From assembly GCA_038087875.1 (NCBI GenBank), contig CM075999.1, positions 1,738,001-1,802,000 on the forward strand: 64,000 bases of DNA, given 5' to 3'. How positions within the stretch are numbered: position 1 is the first letter of the stretch; each line of letters opens with the position of its first letter. The notes beneath the pieces are model-generated. The model ran no database searches. It was not told the origin of the DNA and saw only the letters and a list, made by a program, of their open reading frames with translations. The position numbers and the translations under genes were made by a program. This document shows positions 35,800-48,089 of this stretch, in pieces. Source of the stretch: Malacoraja senta (Eukaryota).

Positions 35800-36490
35800 C
35801 AAGTAACTTCAAGTATTCCTTGCATCCCCTCTCTCTCCATCCCCCCCCCCACCACCCTAGGCGTAGCACTAGTTTCACTGTTGTCCTGTTGACTTTCATT
35901 GTCTGTTAAACTCGTTATCACCTAGCCCACAGCCAACAATGGACCATTGTGGGCTCCACCTCTCCTTGATCATCGTTACATTTCTGCGTATCTTTCATTC
36001 ATTTTTTTCTGCGTAGGAAGGAACTGCAGATGCTGGTTTAATCCAAAGATAGACACAAAATGCTGGAGTAAGGTAGACAAAAGTGCTGGAGAAACTCAGC
36101 GGGTGCAGCAGCATCTATGGAACGAAGGAAATAGGCAACGTTTCGGGCCGAAACCCTTCAGGAAGGAAATAGGTAACGTTTCGGGCCGAAACCCGCTCCA
36201 TGCCTATTTCCTTCGCTCCATAGATGCTGCTGCACCCGCTGAGTTTCTCCAGCACTTTTGTCTACCTTCGATTTTCCAGCATCTGCACGCAGTTCCTTCT
36301 TAAACGCAAAATGCTGGAGTAAACTCAGCGGGACACTCAGCGTCTCCGGAGGGGAGGAATGGGCGGTGTTTCAGGGTCTTGAAGAAGGGTCTAAAAGAAG
36401 GGTCTCGACCCCTGAAACGTCACCCATTCCTTCTCTCCACAGATGCTGCCTGTCCCGCTGAGTTACTCCAGCATCTTGTGTCTATCTTCG
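35800..36490. mobile_element. Cluster of nested Penelope 3'UTR/pLTR fragments
   Basis: UTR after AACTTCAAGTA; nested inverted-pLTR insertion 36072-36306 flanked by CAAAATGCTGGAGTAA. Confidence 0.7.
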
Positions 36491-36524
36491 GTCATCATTG
36501 CTCTTCAGGCAAGTTGGAGATTAA

Positions 36525-37043
36525 AGGGGCCTGTCCCACTTACGCGACCTTGGCTCGCAAATTACGCGACCTCGTGGTCGCTTGGGGCGTCCGGGCACCG
36601 TATGGCCGCGCGGGGCCGGTCCCACTTAGAAGCGCGGAGGCGTGTGGAGTTGTGCGGGGGCTGGTCCCGACATCACGCGGGGCTCCGAAATTCCTGCAGT
36701 GTCTGAAAATTTCGCGCGCCAACGGCCTGTCGGCACGCAGGCGCATTACGGTCGTACGCGGCGTCTTGACGTCGTACGCAGCGTCTTGACGTCGTACGCC
36801 TAGCGTGTGCCGTTGCGCGATGACGTCACCGCCCGATGCCGTGCGACGCCCAAATTCAGTCGGCCCGCCTCCTGCCCAGCTGATTGGTGAGTATGATGCA
36901 AATGACGTCACGCGCGAACTTAGCGCGAACTTAGCGCGTATTTAGCGCATACTTAGTGCATACCTAGCGCGAACTTCGCGTGAATTCCGCTTCCGCTTGG
37001 TCGCGGCAAACGCATGCAATCGCATGCAAGTGGGACAGGCCCT
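36525..37043. mobile_element. Harbinger-type MITE, family D
   Basis: AGGGGCCTGTCCCAC / GTGGGACAGGCCCT; TAA TSD; internal 11-bp TTAGCGCGAAC-type tandem. Confidence 0.85.
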
Positions 37044-38340
37044 TAAAACCCTCCGAACATGGAACAGCAGGGAACAATGCTCTCACCTTGGTTATCCAGC
37101 TGGACTCAGTGAAGTGGAGAGAAACATGTTAAACAATCCTTCATCAGCAACATCTTATTTCATGTATAAGCAATAAACAGAATCATTAATAATTCAGCTT
37201 CCCTTGACATCCTGCAACGTGTGGATTAGAAACATCACCCGCATCCAGTCCCATTGTTACAGCAGTAATTTTCAACATATAATCCCTTTCAAATCTGCAG
37301 GAGTGCATCACTACCTAATTGGAACGTAGCTATCCAGTAATAATCTGTTTCATTCACAATTGGAATTGTTACGCTACGATGCTGGGAACTGTATTTTGTA
37401 TTCTCATTGAGTCACAGAGTGATACAGTGTGGAAACAGGCCCTTCGGCCCAACTTGCCCACACCGCCCAACATGTCCCATCTACACTAGTCCCACCTGCC
37501 CACGTTTGGCCCATATCCCTCCAAACCTGTCCTGTCCATGCACCTGTCCAACTGTTTCTTCCACTCTGTATCTTTCCCTTTTGCCCCATCTACTGTACTG
37601 GCGTTTAGTATTCATTTCCTTTAGAGAAACTGCATAGAAACAGGTCCTTCCGCCCGCTGAACCCATGCCAACTACCCGTCCACACTTCCCTAAAGAAGGG
37701 TCTCGACCCGAAGCGTTGCCCATTCCTTCTCTTCAGTCACATGGACCAAGGTACAGAGCAAAGCTTTTGTTGCTTATCACTCGGACTATCCTTGATCCGA
37801 CTTTGCTGGCTTTACCTTGCACTAAACGTTATTCCCTTATCATGTATCTGTACACTGTAAATGGGTTGACTGTAATCATGTATTGTCTTTCTGCTGACTG
37901 GTTAGCACGCCACATAGAAACATAGAAACATAGAACATGTTGCGTGCTAACCAGTCAGCAGAAAGACAATACATGATTACAATCGAGCCATTTACAGTGT
38001 ACAGATACATGATAAGGGAATAACATTTAGTGCCAGGTAAAGCCAGCAAAGTCCGGTCAAGGATAGTCTGAGGGTCACCAATGAGGTAGATAGTTCAGGA
38101 CCGCTCTCTGGTTGTGGTAGGATGGTTCAGTTGTGGTAGGATGGTTCAGTTGCCTGATAACAGCTGGGAAGAAACTGTCACTATTTATTCCAGCCAAGGA
38201 AGGTAGGACTTATGGCCAGCCTGAACTTTATATAACCAGGTCCACTTTATGTTATTTTATTTCATCCAAAGGACACCAATAAGGTGCAAATCTCCATTCA
38301 GATATGCTGATATTTTACATAACATTATATACTTAAGCTG

Positions 38341-38672
38341 GTAGACACAAAATGCTGGAGTAACTCAGCGGGTGAGGCAGCATCTCTGGAGAGAAGGAAT
38401 GGGTGACGTTTCGGGTCAAGACATCTAACCAGTTAGCCCTTTGCTTTCTCTCTCCATCCCCTTCCCCTTCCCAGTTCTCCCACTAGTCTCACTGTCTCCG
38501 ACTCCATTCTATCTTTGTCCCGCCCCCTCCCCTGGCATCAGTCTGAGGAAGGGTCTCGACCCGAAACGTCACCCATTCCTTCTCTCCGGAGATGCTGCAT
38601 CACCCGCTGAGTTACTCCAGCATTTTGTGTCTACCTTCGATCTAAACCAGCATCTGCAGTTCTTTCTTACAT
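38341..38672. mobile_element. Penelope fragment: inverted pLTR, UTR, pLTR
   Basis: 38341-38421 is the reverse complement of about 38555-38635. Confidence 0.75.
38541..38573 (+). ncRNA. Minimal hammerhead-like core in Penelope pLTR (representative copy)
   Basis: CUGAGGA-A-GGGU(CUCG)ACCC-GAAA-CG-UC; stem III only possible as dimer via palindromic ACGU; stem I very short. Confidence 0.5.
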
Positions 38673-38864
38673 ATACTTGATCAGTACGGGTGTCAGGGGT
38701 TGTGCGGAGAAGGCAGGAGAATGAAGTCGAGAAGGAAAGATAGATCAGCCATGATAGAATGGCGGAGTAGAGTTGATGGGCCGAGTGGCCTAATTCTGCT
38801 CCTAGAACCTATGAACTTATATTCAACCAGCTACAATTATACCAGGTATAAAGTTTGTAGAGGG

Positions 38865-39173
38865 AGCAGCAGGTAGAGCTGCTGCCTCACAGCACTAACG
38901 ACCCAGGTGCAATCCTGACCTCGGGTGCTGTCTATGTGGAGTTTGTACGTTCTCCCCGTGACCCGCGTGGGTTTTCTCCGGGAACTACGGGTTTCCCCCC
39001 ACACTCCAAAGACGTACAGGTTTGTAGGTTGATTGGCTCGGTATAAATGTAAATTGTTCCTAGTGTGTGTCGGGCAGTTTTAATGTGTGGGGATCGCTGG
39101 ATGGCACGGACCCGGTGGGCCGAAGGGCCTGCTTCTGTGCTGTATCTCTAAACTAAACTAAACTAAGCTAAAC
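38865..39173 (+). mobile_element. V-SINE copy
   Basis: Head, central domain, (CTAAA)n tail. Confidence 0.85.
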
Positions 39174-39457
39174 TTGGTTCAGTGAGATTGCCACTATATG
39201 AACACTTTGCTGAGCTACTGTTCACCAAGGGCATACTTCTCACAGCAGTAATGGCCCACAGTTCCCTTAGTATTACCTTTCGCCAGACAAGGCCACAGTT
39301 TATTTCTCATCTGTAGCGGATCATAAACCGCGTGGATGCGTCGGCCATTTTGAAGATCAGTGAAGAATCGATCGCAATAAAGATCGATCGATCGAAGGTT
39401 TCTTCCGTGAAGGACATGGTGGAATCTGCTGGGTTTTAACTATTCCTAATACTATCC

Positions 39458-39759
39458 CTAGACTTTAGACTGTAGAGATACAACCCGACCAGCAGTCACC
39501 CCCACACACTAACACTGTCCCACACACACTCGGGACAATTTACAATTATACCGGAGCCAAATAACCTACAAACCCGCACGTCTTCGCAGTGTGGGAAGAA
39601 ACCGGAGCACCCGGAGAAAACCCACGCAGGTCACAGGGAGAATGTACAAACTCCGTACAGACAGCACCCATGATCGGAGAAAACCCACCCATAGTCGGGA
39701 TCGAACCCGGGACTCTGGCGCTGTAAGGCAGCAACTCTACCGCTGCTCTACCGTGCCAC
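39458..39759 (-). mobile_element. V-SINE copy
   Basis: Reverse complement of the SINE family. Confidence 0.85.
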
Positions 39760-40399
39760 CCAAACTCTACTTTATTTAGCAAGATTTTCATTGTGCCAGT
39801 ACCTCACCGTACTTGTGCACGGGACATTAAACTCAACTTATAACTTTGTTAAATCCCTCCAGAGTTGCTCGATCTTCAATACCTAACTACAGCAGCACGG
39901 TGGCGCAGCGGTAGAGTTGCTGCCTCACAGCGCCAGAGTCCCGGGTTCGATCCCGACTATGGGTGGGTTTTCTCCGAGACCTCCAGTTTCCTCTCACACT
40001 CCAAAGACCTACAGGTTTGTAGGTTAATTGGCTTTGGTATAAATGTAAAAATTGTCCCTAATTGTCCCTAGTGTCCCTGCTCAGAGGCCGACTTCGGGAG
40101 CTCCAAGCCGCAGGAGCTTCGATCTCCCCGACCGTGGGAGAATAAAATGGGAAGAAGATTAGACTTTATTGCCTTCCGTCACAGTGAGGAACGTGGGGAA
40201 TCCGCTGTGGTGGATGTTTATGTTAACTTGTATGTAGTTGTGTGTCTTGTTGCCTTATTTTAGTCTGGCGTTATGGTAATTGGAATATCGCTGTATCTTA
40301 ATTGGTATATGTGACAATAAAAGTCCTTTGAAATCTTTGAAACTGAGGGTAGTGTTACTGTAGGTTGATGTGTTAATGTAGATAATGTTGATGGAGGTA

Positions 40400-40955
40400 A
40401 TCCAACCTACGAGACCTCAACGCCGGACCAGCCGGACAAAGTTATCTTGAACTCAACGGCTGTGAAGGCGGATGACGGCTGCAACAGGTATCTGTCAGCT
40501 CCACTCGTCTTGGTTCCCTTGCCTTTGGAATGAGTTGATTGATTTGTGAAGGACGGTGTGCTTCTTGGAGCGCAACATCGAGTACACGTTAAACACACAC
40601 GCGCACAGGCGTCTTCTCTCTGTGAGCAGCGGGGAAAAAAAGAGAGGCAGCAACAACCAAAGCCCGATCTGCCATCTGGAACGACCTGTCCTGAATGCCG
40701 AAGAACTTTCCAAGCCAGGATTGGACTCGTAAACCAGATTGCAACCTTCACGTGGTCCACCCTGTTTCGACGAATGCAATCAACCCGACTTGCACAAACA
40801 ATTAGATCAAATAGAACAGGTTGGCCTACAACTTTAGGCTGTGCACGCCATACACAAGAAGAAGAAGAGATGAAGACCCATAAACCACCTGGGAGTCCAT
40901 AAAAACAACGGAACATAGACCATCATCCTTGACATCGAGGGATCTCCACGATGAG
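40400..40955 (+). mobile_element. Internally deleted RTE-clade element (5'UTR-like part joined to zinc-finger 3' end)
   Basis: TTCPECRRTFQARIGLVNQ|MKTH C2H2-like end typical of RTE; 3'UTR ATCATCCTTGACATCGAGGGAT..GATGA; split by insertion 40736-40867. Confidence 0.65.
40736..40867 (+). mobile_element. Ribozyme-headed element family 1, 5'-truncated (lacks P1 5' strand)
   Basis: GAUUGCA-ACC-UUCACGU-GGU-CCACCCU-G-UUUCGA-CGAA-UGCAAUC, same body as 25304, (GAA)n tail, AGAT at both junctions. Confidence 0.8.
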
Positions 40956-41372
40956 TGTCAATGTGCGGGGATCGCTAGTCGGTGCGGACTCGCTGGGCCG
41001 AAGGGCCTGTTTCCCCGCTGTATCTCCAAACTAAACTAAACTAAACCTACTTCAATAGTTTGTCAAAGTTATGATCTGTGTATAATTTGAGCTAAACCCA
41101 AGGGACGGCTACGTATTTTGTTTTATATTCCAGTCTGCACTATTTTTAGAGTAGCTTAAATATTTTAACACATGCAATTAAACGTAGAGAAGTGCCATCA
41201 GATACGGTAATCACTGCTTTCACCAGCAGATGTTTCTAACATCACATAACTTTCCAGATCATAATGAGAATATTTTAAATGTAACTTTTATGCTTTAGTT
41301 TATGAGAGTATAACCGGCAATAAGTGGAATGTCCAGTGTTTATCACAGGTAAGCTGAAAGGTGAGGAATTAT

Positions 41373-41672
41373 TAGTTTAATTTAGTTTAGTTTAGAGATA
41401 CAGCGTGGAAACAGGCCCTTCGGCCCACCGCGTCCGCACCGACCAGCGATCCCCACACACTAACACTATCCTACACACACTCGGGACAATTGACATTTAC
41501 ATCAAGCCAATTAACCTACAAACCTGTACGTCTTTGGAGTGCGGGAAGAAACCGGAGACATCAGAGAAATCCCACTCAGGTCACGGGGAGAAGGTACAAA
41601 CTCCGTACTGACAGCTCCCGTGGTCAGGATGGAACCCGGGTCTCTGGCGCTGTGAGGCAGCGACTCTGCCGC
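41373..41672 (-). mobile_element. V-SINE copy
   Basis: Reverse complement of the SINE family. Confidence 0.85.
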
Positions 41673-44159
41673 CCCAGGTTGGGTTTGTGACCACTCATGC
41701 ACGCTCCCCACAAACAACGGCGGGGTGCCCGCCGCGCGGTGGTCAGAGGGCCAGCTCGCCGCGGTCTGGGGGCTGTGGGTCGACCACCGCACACTCCTAA
41801 CCCGCCCCTGGAGCGAGGAGGGACCGAGATCGAAGTGGACCAACGAGATCAAGGCCCAGAGAGTAGGGGCCAAGTCAATGGATATTTATAAGGCGGAGAT
41901 AGATAGATTCTTGATTAGTGCGGGTGTCAGAGGTGATAGGGAGAAGGCAGGAGAATGTGGTTAGGAGGGAGAGATAGATCAGCCATGGTTGAATGGTAGA
42001 GTAGACTTGATGGGCCGAATGGCCTAACTCTGCTCCTATCACTTACGACCTTATGACAATATGAGATCGATGGAAGCAGACAGCCCGCGGTGGGTGATGG
42101 AGGTCAGTTGAGGTCACTTTGCTGAGAGAACAAAGAGGCACCTGGCTTGGGGGGGGGGGGACATAGAGGGACCCCATTGGGAAAATATTGAACAGTTTCT
42201 TCCCAGCAGTTATCAGGCAACTGAACCATCCTACCACAACTAGAGAGCGGTCCTGAACTACTATCTACCTCTTTGGTGACCCTCGGGCTATCCTTGATCG
42301 GACTTTGCTGGCTTTACTTTGCACTAAAGGGTTATTCCCTGATCATGTATCTATTCACTGTAAGTGGATCGACTGTAATCTTTCGAAGATTGACACAAAA
42401 CGCTGGAGCAACTCAGCAGGACAGGCAGCATCCCTGGAGAGAAGGAATGGGTGACGTTTCGGTTCGAGACCCTTCTTCAGTTCGCTGACTGGACAGCATG
42501 CAACAACGGCTTTTCACTGTGCCTCGGTACACGTGACAATAAAATAAACTGAAACTGAAACCTGTAATACTTTGTTGACTTGCCCTTTACATAGCGACTC
42601 TTTGCATACTCTGTGTACAGTATCAAAAACAAATAACTTCACTGTGACATGTCACGTGGGATAAGGTACCATTCATTTAATGAAGGGAACATCGTTCTCA
42701 TTCCCCTCTCGTTTGGAGTATTTATTTTCATCTGATCAGCCCTTTATGCATCTTTTGCAAAAAAGCCTTTCAAAATATTCCTTATTCCCCCTCTGCCCTC
42801 ATGCCCTTTGAAAAACCTGCAGCAAAATAATAATCGAAGCATATGTTGACTTACGCGCACAGCTCACTAAAGTCATACATTTCCACCTGATGTTAGTTGG
42901 TGATTTTCCTATTAGGATTGTGAAGTTTAATTCTGTCTAATGACAATATGAAGCAAGGGATCAAAGTGGAACCAATTTTTCACTTCACGTGAAATGCAAA
43001 TCCAGCGCCCTGCTCGCGATATAGATTTCATTCAAAGGTTAAATTCAAAGCCATTTGTTTCCCCGATCTGTGAGCCGCTTTATCCGATTTTTCAAAGAGC
43101 TTTTCATTCAGTGAATGACTTTGAACTCCAAATACTATTGTTACGTACACAAACCTGCTGCCATTTTACAAAACAGCCTGGAGATAATAATTTCATTTAC
43201 AAAAATTAAATAATTGACATGATGTTTTTCTGTAAACACTAAAACTCCTTTCCTGTTTCCTTGTCTAAAATGACTGGGTGGGTTTTGGAAGATTTCTGCA
43301 TTTAATTTTGACTGAAAATTAATAACCTCTGACACCTGTCACTAATCAAGAACTAGGGTGTCAGGGGTCAGGGGTTACGGGGAGAAGGCAGGAGAATGGG
43401 GTTAGGAGGGGGAGATAGATCAGCCATGATTGAATGGCGGAGTAGACTTGATGGGCCGAATGGCCTAATTCTGCTCCTATTAAATTATGACCGATGAACT
43501 TATATAAACTGCCTCAACTTCTTTTTCCATCGGAAGTAGTTGTCCTGCCGAGCCAGTTGACACTTTCTCACTGGCGCAGCGGGTGGTGCTGCTGCCTCAG
43601 ATCCACAGAGAACCGGGTTCGATCCTGACCTTGGAGAGGCAGTACCGTTAGTCATAGTGTCATAGAGGCATACAGTGTAGAAACAGGCCCTTCAGCCCAA
43701 CATGCCCATGCCAACCAACATATCCCCACCCATTTGGCCCATATCCTTCTAAATCTACCACCCTACCACAACTGGAGAGCAGCCCTGAACTACTATCTAC
43801 CATAACATAAACTTGTGAAGCGTAGCTGGTGGCAATGTTCCCATGTGTTTATTAGTCGTGTTGACCTATGAAGTCTCCTTCCCCTGCCGTATATAGAGCA
43901 GAGAGAAGGGACATTTTCTTCAACTGGCCCACGTGTGTCCCTGGAGTCCAAGCAAGCTTTCCTATTTTAGTTTAGTTTAAACATAGAAACATAAAGAATA
44001 AGTGCAGGAGTAGGCCATTCGGCCCTTCGAGCCAGCACCGCCATTCAATATGATCATGGCTGATCATCCCCAATCAGTACCCCGTTCCTGCTTTCTCCCC
44101 AGATCCCCTGATTCCATTAGCATCAAGAGTAATATCTAACTCTCTCTTGAATACATCAA

Positions 44160-44465
44160 GTTTAGATTAGTTTAGTTTAGTTTACAGGTACACGCAGAAG
44201 CAGGCCCTTCGGCCCAGCGAGTCCATGCCGACCAGCGATCCCTGTTACTCTAACACACACTGGAAACAATTTACAATTTTTTTTACCAAAGCCAATTAAC
44301 CTACAAACCAGTACATGTTGGGAGTGTGAGAGGAAACCAGAGCACCCGGAGAAAACCCACGCAGGTCATGGTGCGGACGTACAAACTCCGTACAGACAGC
44401 ACCCGTAGTCAGGATGGAACCCCGGGTCACCGGCGCAGTGAGGCATCAGCTCTACCGCTGCCCAC
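44160..44465 (-). mobile_element. V-SINE copy
   Basis: Reverse complement of the SINE family. Confidence 0.85.
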
Positions 44466-47400
44466 CGCGATATCTCGCACGGTTTCCCACACAACCCACG
44501 CTTCCTTCTTTTCCTCACTCGCTTATTCATCTGCCTCTGAATGATTTTCACCTGAAAAACATCATTAAAAACAGAGAGTCCCACGATTTCACGAGCTCTG
44601 ATGAAAGCCGTTTCTCCTGAATGCCCAGAGAGATTTATCATTGCCAGCCCTTTTGTCTGCAGCCCTTGATTCTGGTGTTAATCAGAGGGGGGGGGAGCAT
44701 CTTGTCCTTGTCGCCATGGCAACGATGAATGTCTGCTACAAAGAATGGCTTCCATTTGCATTGCACCTTTCAGGAGGTGCTTCAGCTGAAGGTGTACTTG
44801 TTGAAGCATGGTGCCTGCTGTAACGTGGAGGGACTTCTACACGCCACAATGTCCCACAGACAGTTAAAGGACAACAAGTGGCGCAGCGGTAGAGTTGCTG
44901 CCTCACAGCGCCAGAGACCAGGCTTCCATCCTGACCACGGGCGCTGTCTGTGAGGAGTTTGCACCTTCTCCCCGTGACCACCTGGGTTTCCTTCGATTTC
45001 CTCCCACATCACAAAGACGTGTGGGTTTGTAGTTTAGAGAGAGACCAGGTAGGTAAGATAGACAAAAATGCTGGAGAAACTCAGCAGGTGAGGCAGCATC
45101 TATGGAGTGAAGGAATTGGGTGAAAATGCTCCAGCATTTTTGTGTACCTTCGATTTTCCCAGCATCTGAAGTTCTTTCTTAAACAGGAAGATAAGATAGG
45201 TACTTATCGTATATCTTAGGTATAAATAGGTATCTGCAGTTCTTTGTTTCCACATTCAGGCAGGTAAGAGTTGGTCTTGGCACCATGTTTGGCATAGATA
45301 GACGTTGTGGGCCAAAGGGCCCGTTCTTGTGCCGGACTGTTCTATGTTCGATGTTAGACACAAAATGCTGGAGTAACTCAGCGGGACAGGCTGCATCTCT
45401 GGAGGGAAGGAATGGCTGTCGTTTTGGGTCGGGACCCTTCTTCAGACAAACAATAATGTTCGATGTTAATTGGACTCCTTGCAATTGCCCCTTGTGTGTA
45501 GGGAGTGGGTGCGGGAGTGGGATAACATTGGAACAAGTGTGAACGCGCGATCGTTGGTCGGCGCGGACTCGGTGGGCGGAAAGGCCTGTGTCCACACTGT
45601 ATCTCAAAACTAAACCAAAGCATCAACTCTGTCAACGTCTAATCTCCAAGAAAACCATAAATTCATTTAAAATGAAAAATCAGCTTCCCCTGCTCGGAAA
45701 TTCAAAGTGCATCAAATCATTTGCAATAGATAGGAGAGATGTTAAAAAATTGCAATAGATACGGATTAGTAGCCATTGATAAAAAAAAATACAGATGATA
45801 ACAACATTTATAAAACTATGGTCAAGGGACGAAAAGAAACACCTCGCAAACGGTAATTGTACCAAATGAACACGATATTAGTTTCTGCTGGAAAGAAGTG
45901 AATGATTATTATCAGAATGATTACAAATGACGGTGGAATCATTCAGCACCTCAGGCTGCAGAGTTAGAGGGTAGAGAGGCGAGGTTGATGTTTCAAGTCA
46001 AGGGGACAATCTATCTACAGAGACCAACCAGCCTACAAACCCGTACGTCTTTGGGGTGTGGGAGGAAACCGGAGCACCCGGAGAAAACCCACGCAGGATA
46101 ATGTGCAAACTCCGTACAGTTCATAAGCTCATAAGTGATAGGAGAAGAGTTAGGCCATTCGGCCCATCAAGTCTACTCTGCCATTCGATCATGGCTGATT
46201 TATCTTTCCCTCCTAACCCCATACGCAGCATTGCACAGTGAATGCAGCACAATGTCCTCGCATGGACTACTAGGTTCATGTTCTTAAGTTCTAGGAGCAG
46301 AATTAGGCCATTCGTCCCATCAAGTCTACTCCACCATTCAATCATGGCTGATCTATCTTTCCCTCCTAACCCCATTCTCCTGCCTTCTCCCAATAACCCC
46401 TGACACCCGCACTGATCAAGAATCTATCTATCTCTGCCTTAAAAATATCCACTGACTTGGCCTCCACAGCCTTCCGTGGCAATGAATTCCACAGATTCAC
46501 CACCCTCTGGCTGAAGGAGACATGAGAGGAATAGATCGGGTAAATGCAAAGTGTCTTTTACACAGAGGAGGGGGATCGAGACCCAGAGGACATCGGTTTA
46601 AGGTAAGGGGGGAAAGATTTCATAGGAACCTGAGGGGCAACGTTTTTTACACAAAGGGTGGTAGGTATATGGAACGAACTGCCAGAGGAGGTAGTTGAGG
46701 CGAGTACTATCACAATGTTTAAGAAACATTTAGACAGGTACATGGATAGTTAGTTTAGTTCAGTTTAGTTTATTGTCACGTGTACTGAGGTACAGTGAAA
46801 AGCTTTTGTTTCGTGCTAACCAGTCAGCGGACAGACAATACATGATTACAATCGAGACATTCACAGTGTACAGATACATGATAGGGGAATAATATTTAGT
46901 GCAAGATAAAGCCAGTAAAGTCTGATCAAAGATAGTCCGCGGGTCTCCAATGAGGTAGATAGTAGTTCAGGGCCGCTCTCCAGTTGTGGTGGGATGGTAG
47001 ATTTAGAAGGATATGGGACAAATACAGGCAGGTGGGCTTTCAGCCCAACATGGCCATGCCAACCAACATGGTTGGTTTGGGGGTATGTTGGTTGGCATGG
47101 GCATGTTGGGCTGAAGGGCCTGTTTCTACACTGTATACCTCTATGACTCTATGGCTAACGGTACTGCCTCTCCAAGGTCAGGATCGAACCCGGTTCTCTG
47201 TGGATCTGAGGCAGCAGCACCACCCGCTGCACCAGTGAGAAAGTGTCAATTGGCTCGGCAGGACAACTACTTCCGATGGAAAAAGAAGTTGAGGCAGTTT
47301 ATATAAGTTCATCGGTCATCATTTAATAGGAGCAGAATTAGGCCATTCGGCCCATCAAGTACACAAAAATGCTGGAGAAACTCAGCGGGTGCAGCAGCAT

Positions 47401-48089
47401 CTATGGAGCGAAGGAAATAGGCAACGTTTCGGGTCGAAACCCTTCTTCAGTCTACGCCGCCATTCAATCAAGGCTAATCTACCTCTTCCTCCTAACCCCA
47501 TTCTCCTGCCTTCTCCCCATAACCTCTGACACCCTTAGAAATCGAGAATCTATCTATCTCTGCCTTAAAACTATCCACTAGCAAAAGAATCTCTCAGATT
47601 CACCACCCTTTGACTAAAGAAATTCTTCTTCATCTCCTTCCTAAAGGAACGTCCTTTAATTCTGAGGCTTTGACCTCTGGTCCTAGACTCTCCGACTGGT
47701 GGAAACATCCTCTCCACATCCGCTCTATCCAAGCCTGTTACTACTCGGTACTTTTCAATGAGGTCCCCCCTCATTCTTCTAAATTCATGAGAGTACAGGC
47801 CCAGTGCCGTTAAATGTCAAAGATGTGAACTCAGCGCCAATATGTCGTGTTAAGTGGCGCAGTGTATTGGTGATGGATCCCACAAAGTGAGTACATTCAC
47901 TGGGACAAAGTCCATCTTGTCACACACCAAGTGCTGACAGATTGGAAGCTGTTCTCAGTAAGGGGGGGACTTTATGGAACTTGGCCAGATAACAAGAAAT
48001 GCGCAGACCGAACATTCCGGCTATGAAGAACTCAATTTGACTTCCCCGGCCACTCTGAGAATATTTAATGTTTAAGAACATTAGTTTTA

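Noticed and set aside
46250..46275. AUG-UCCUCG-CAU resembling an HDV P3/L3
   Set aside because: No matching P1, P2 or CNAA segment nearby.
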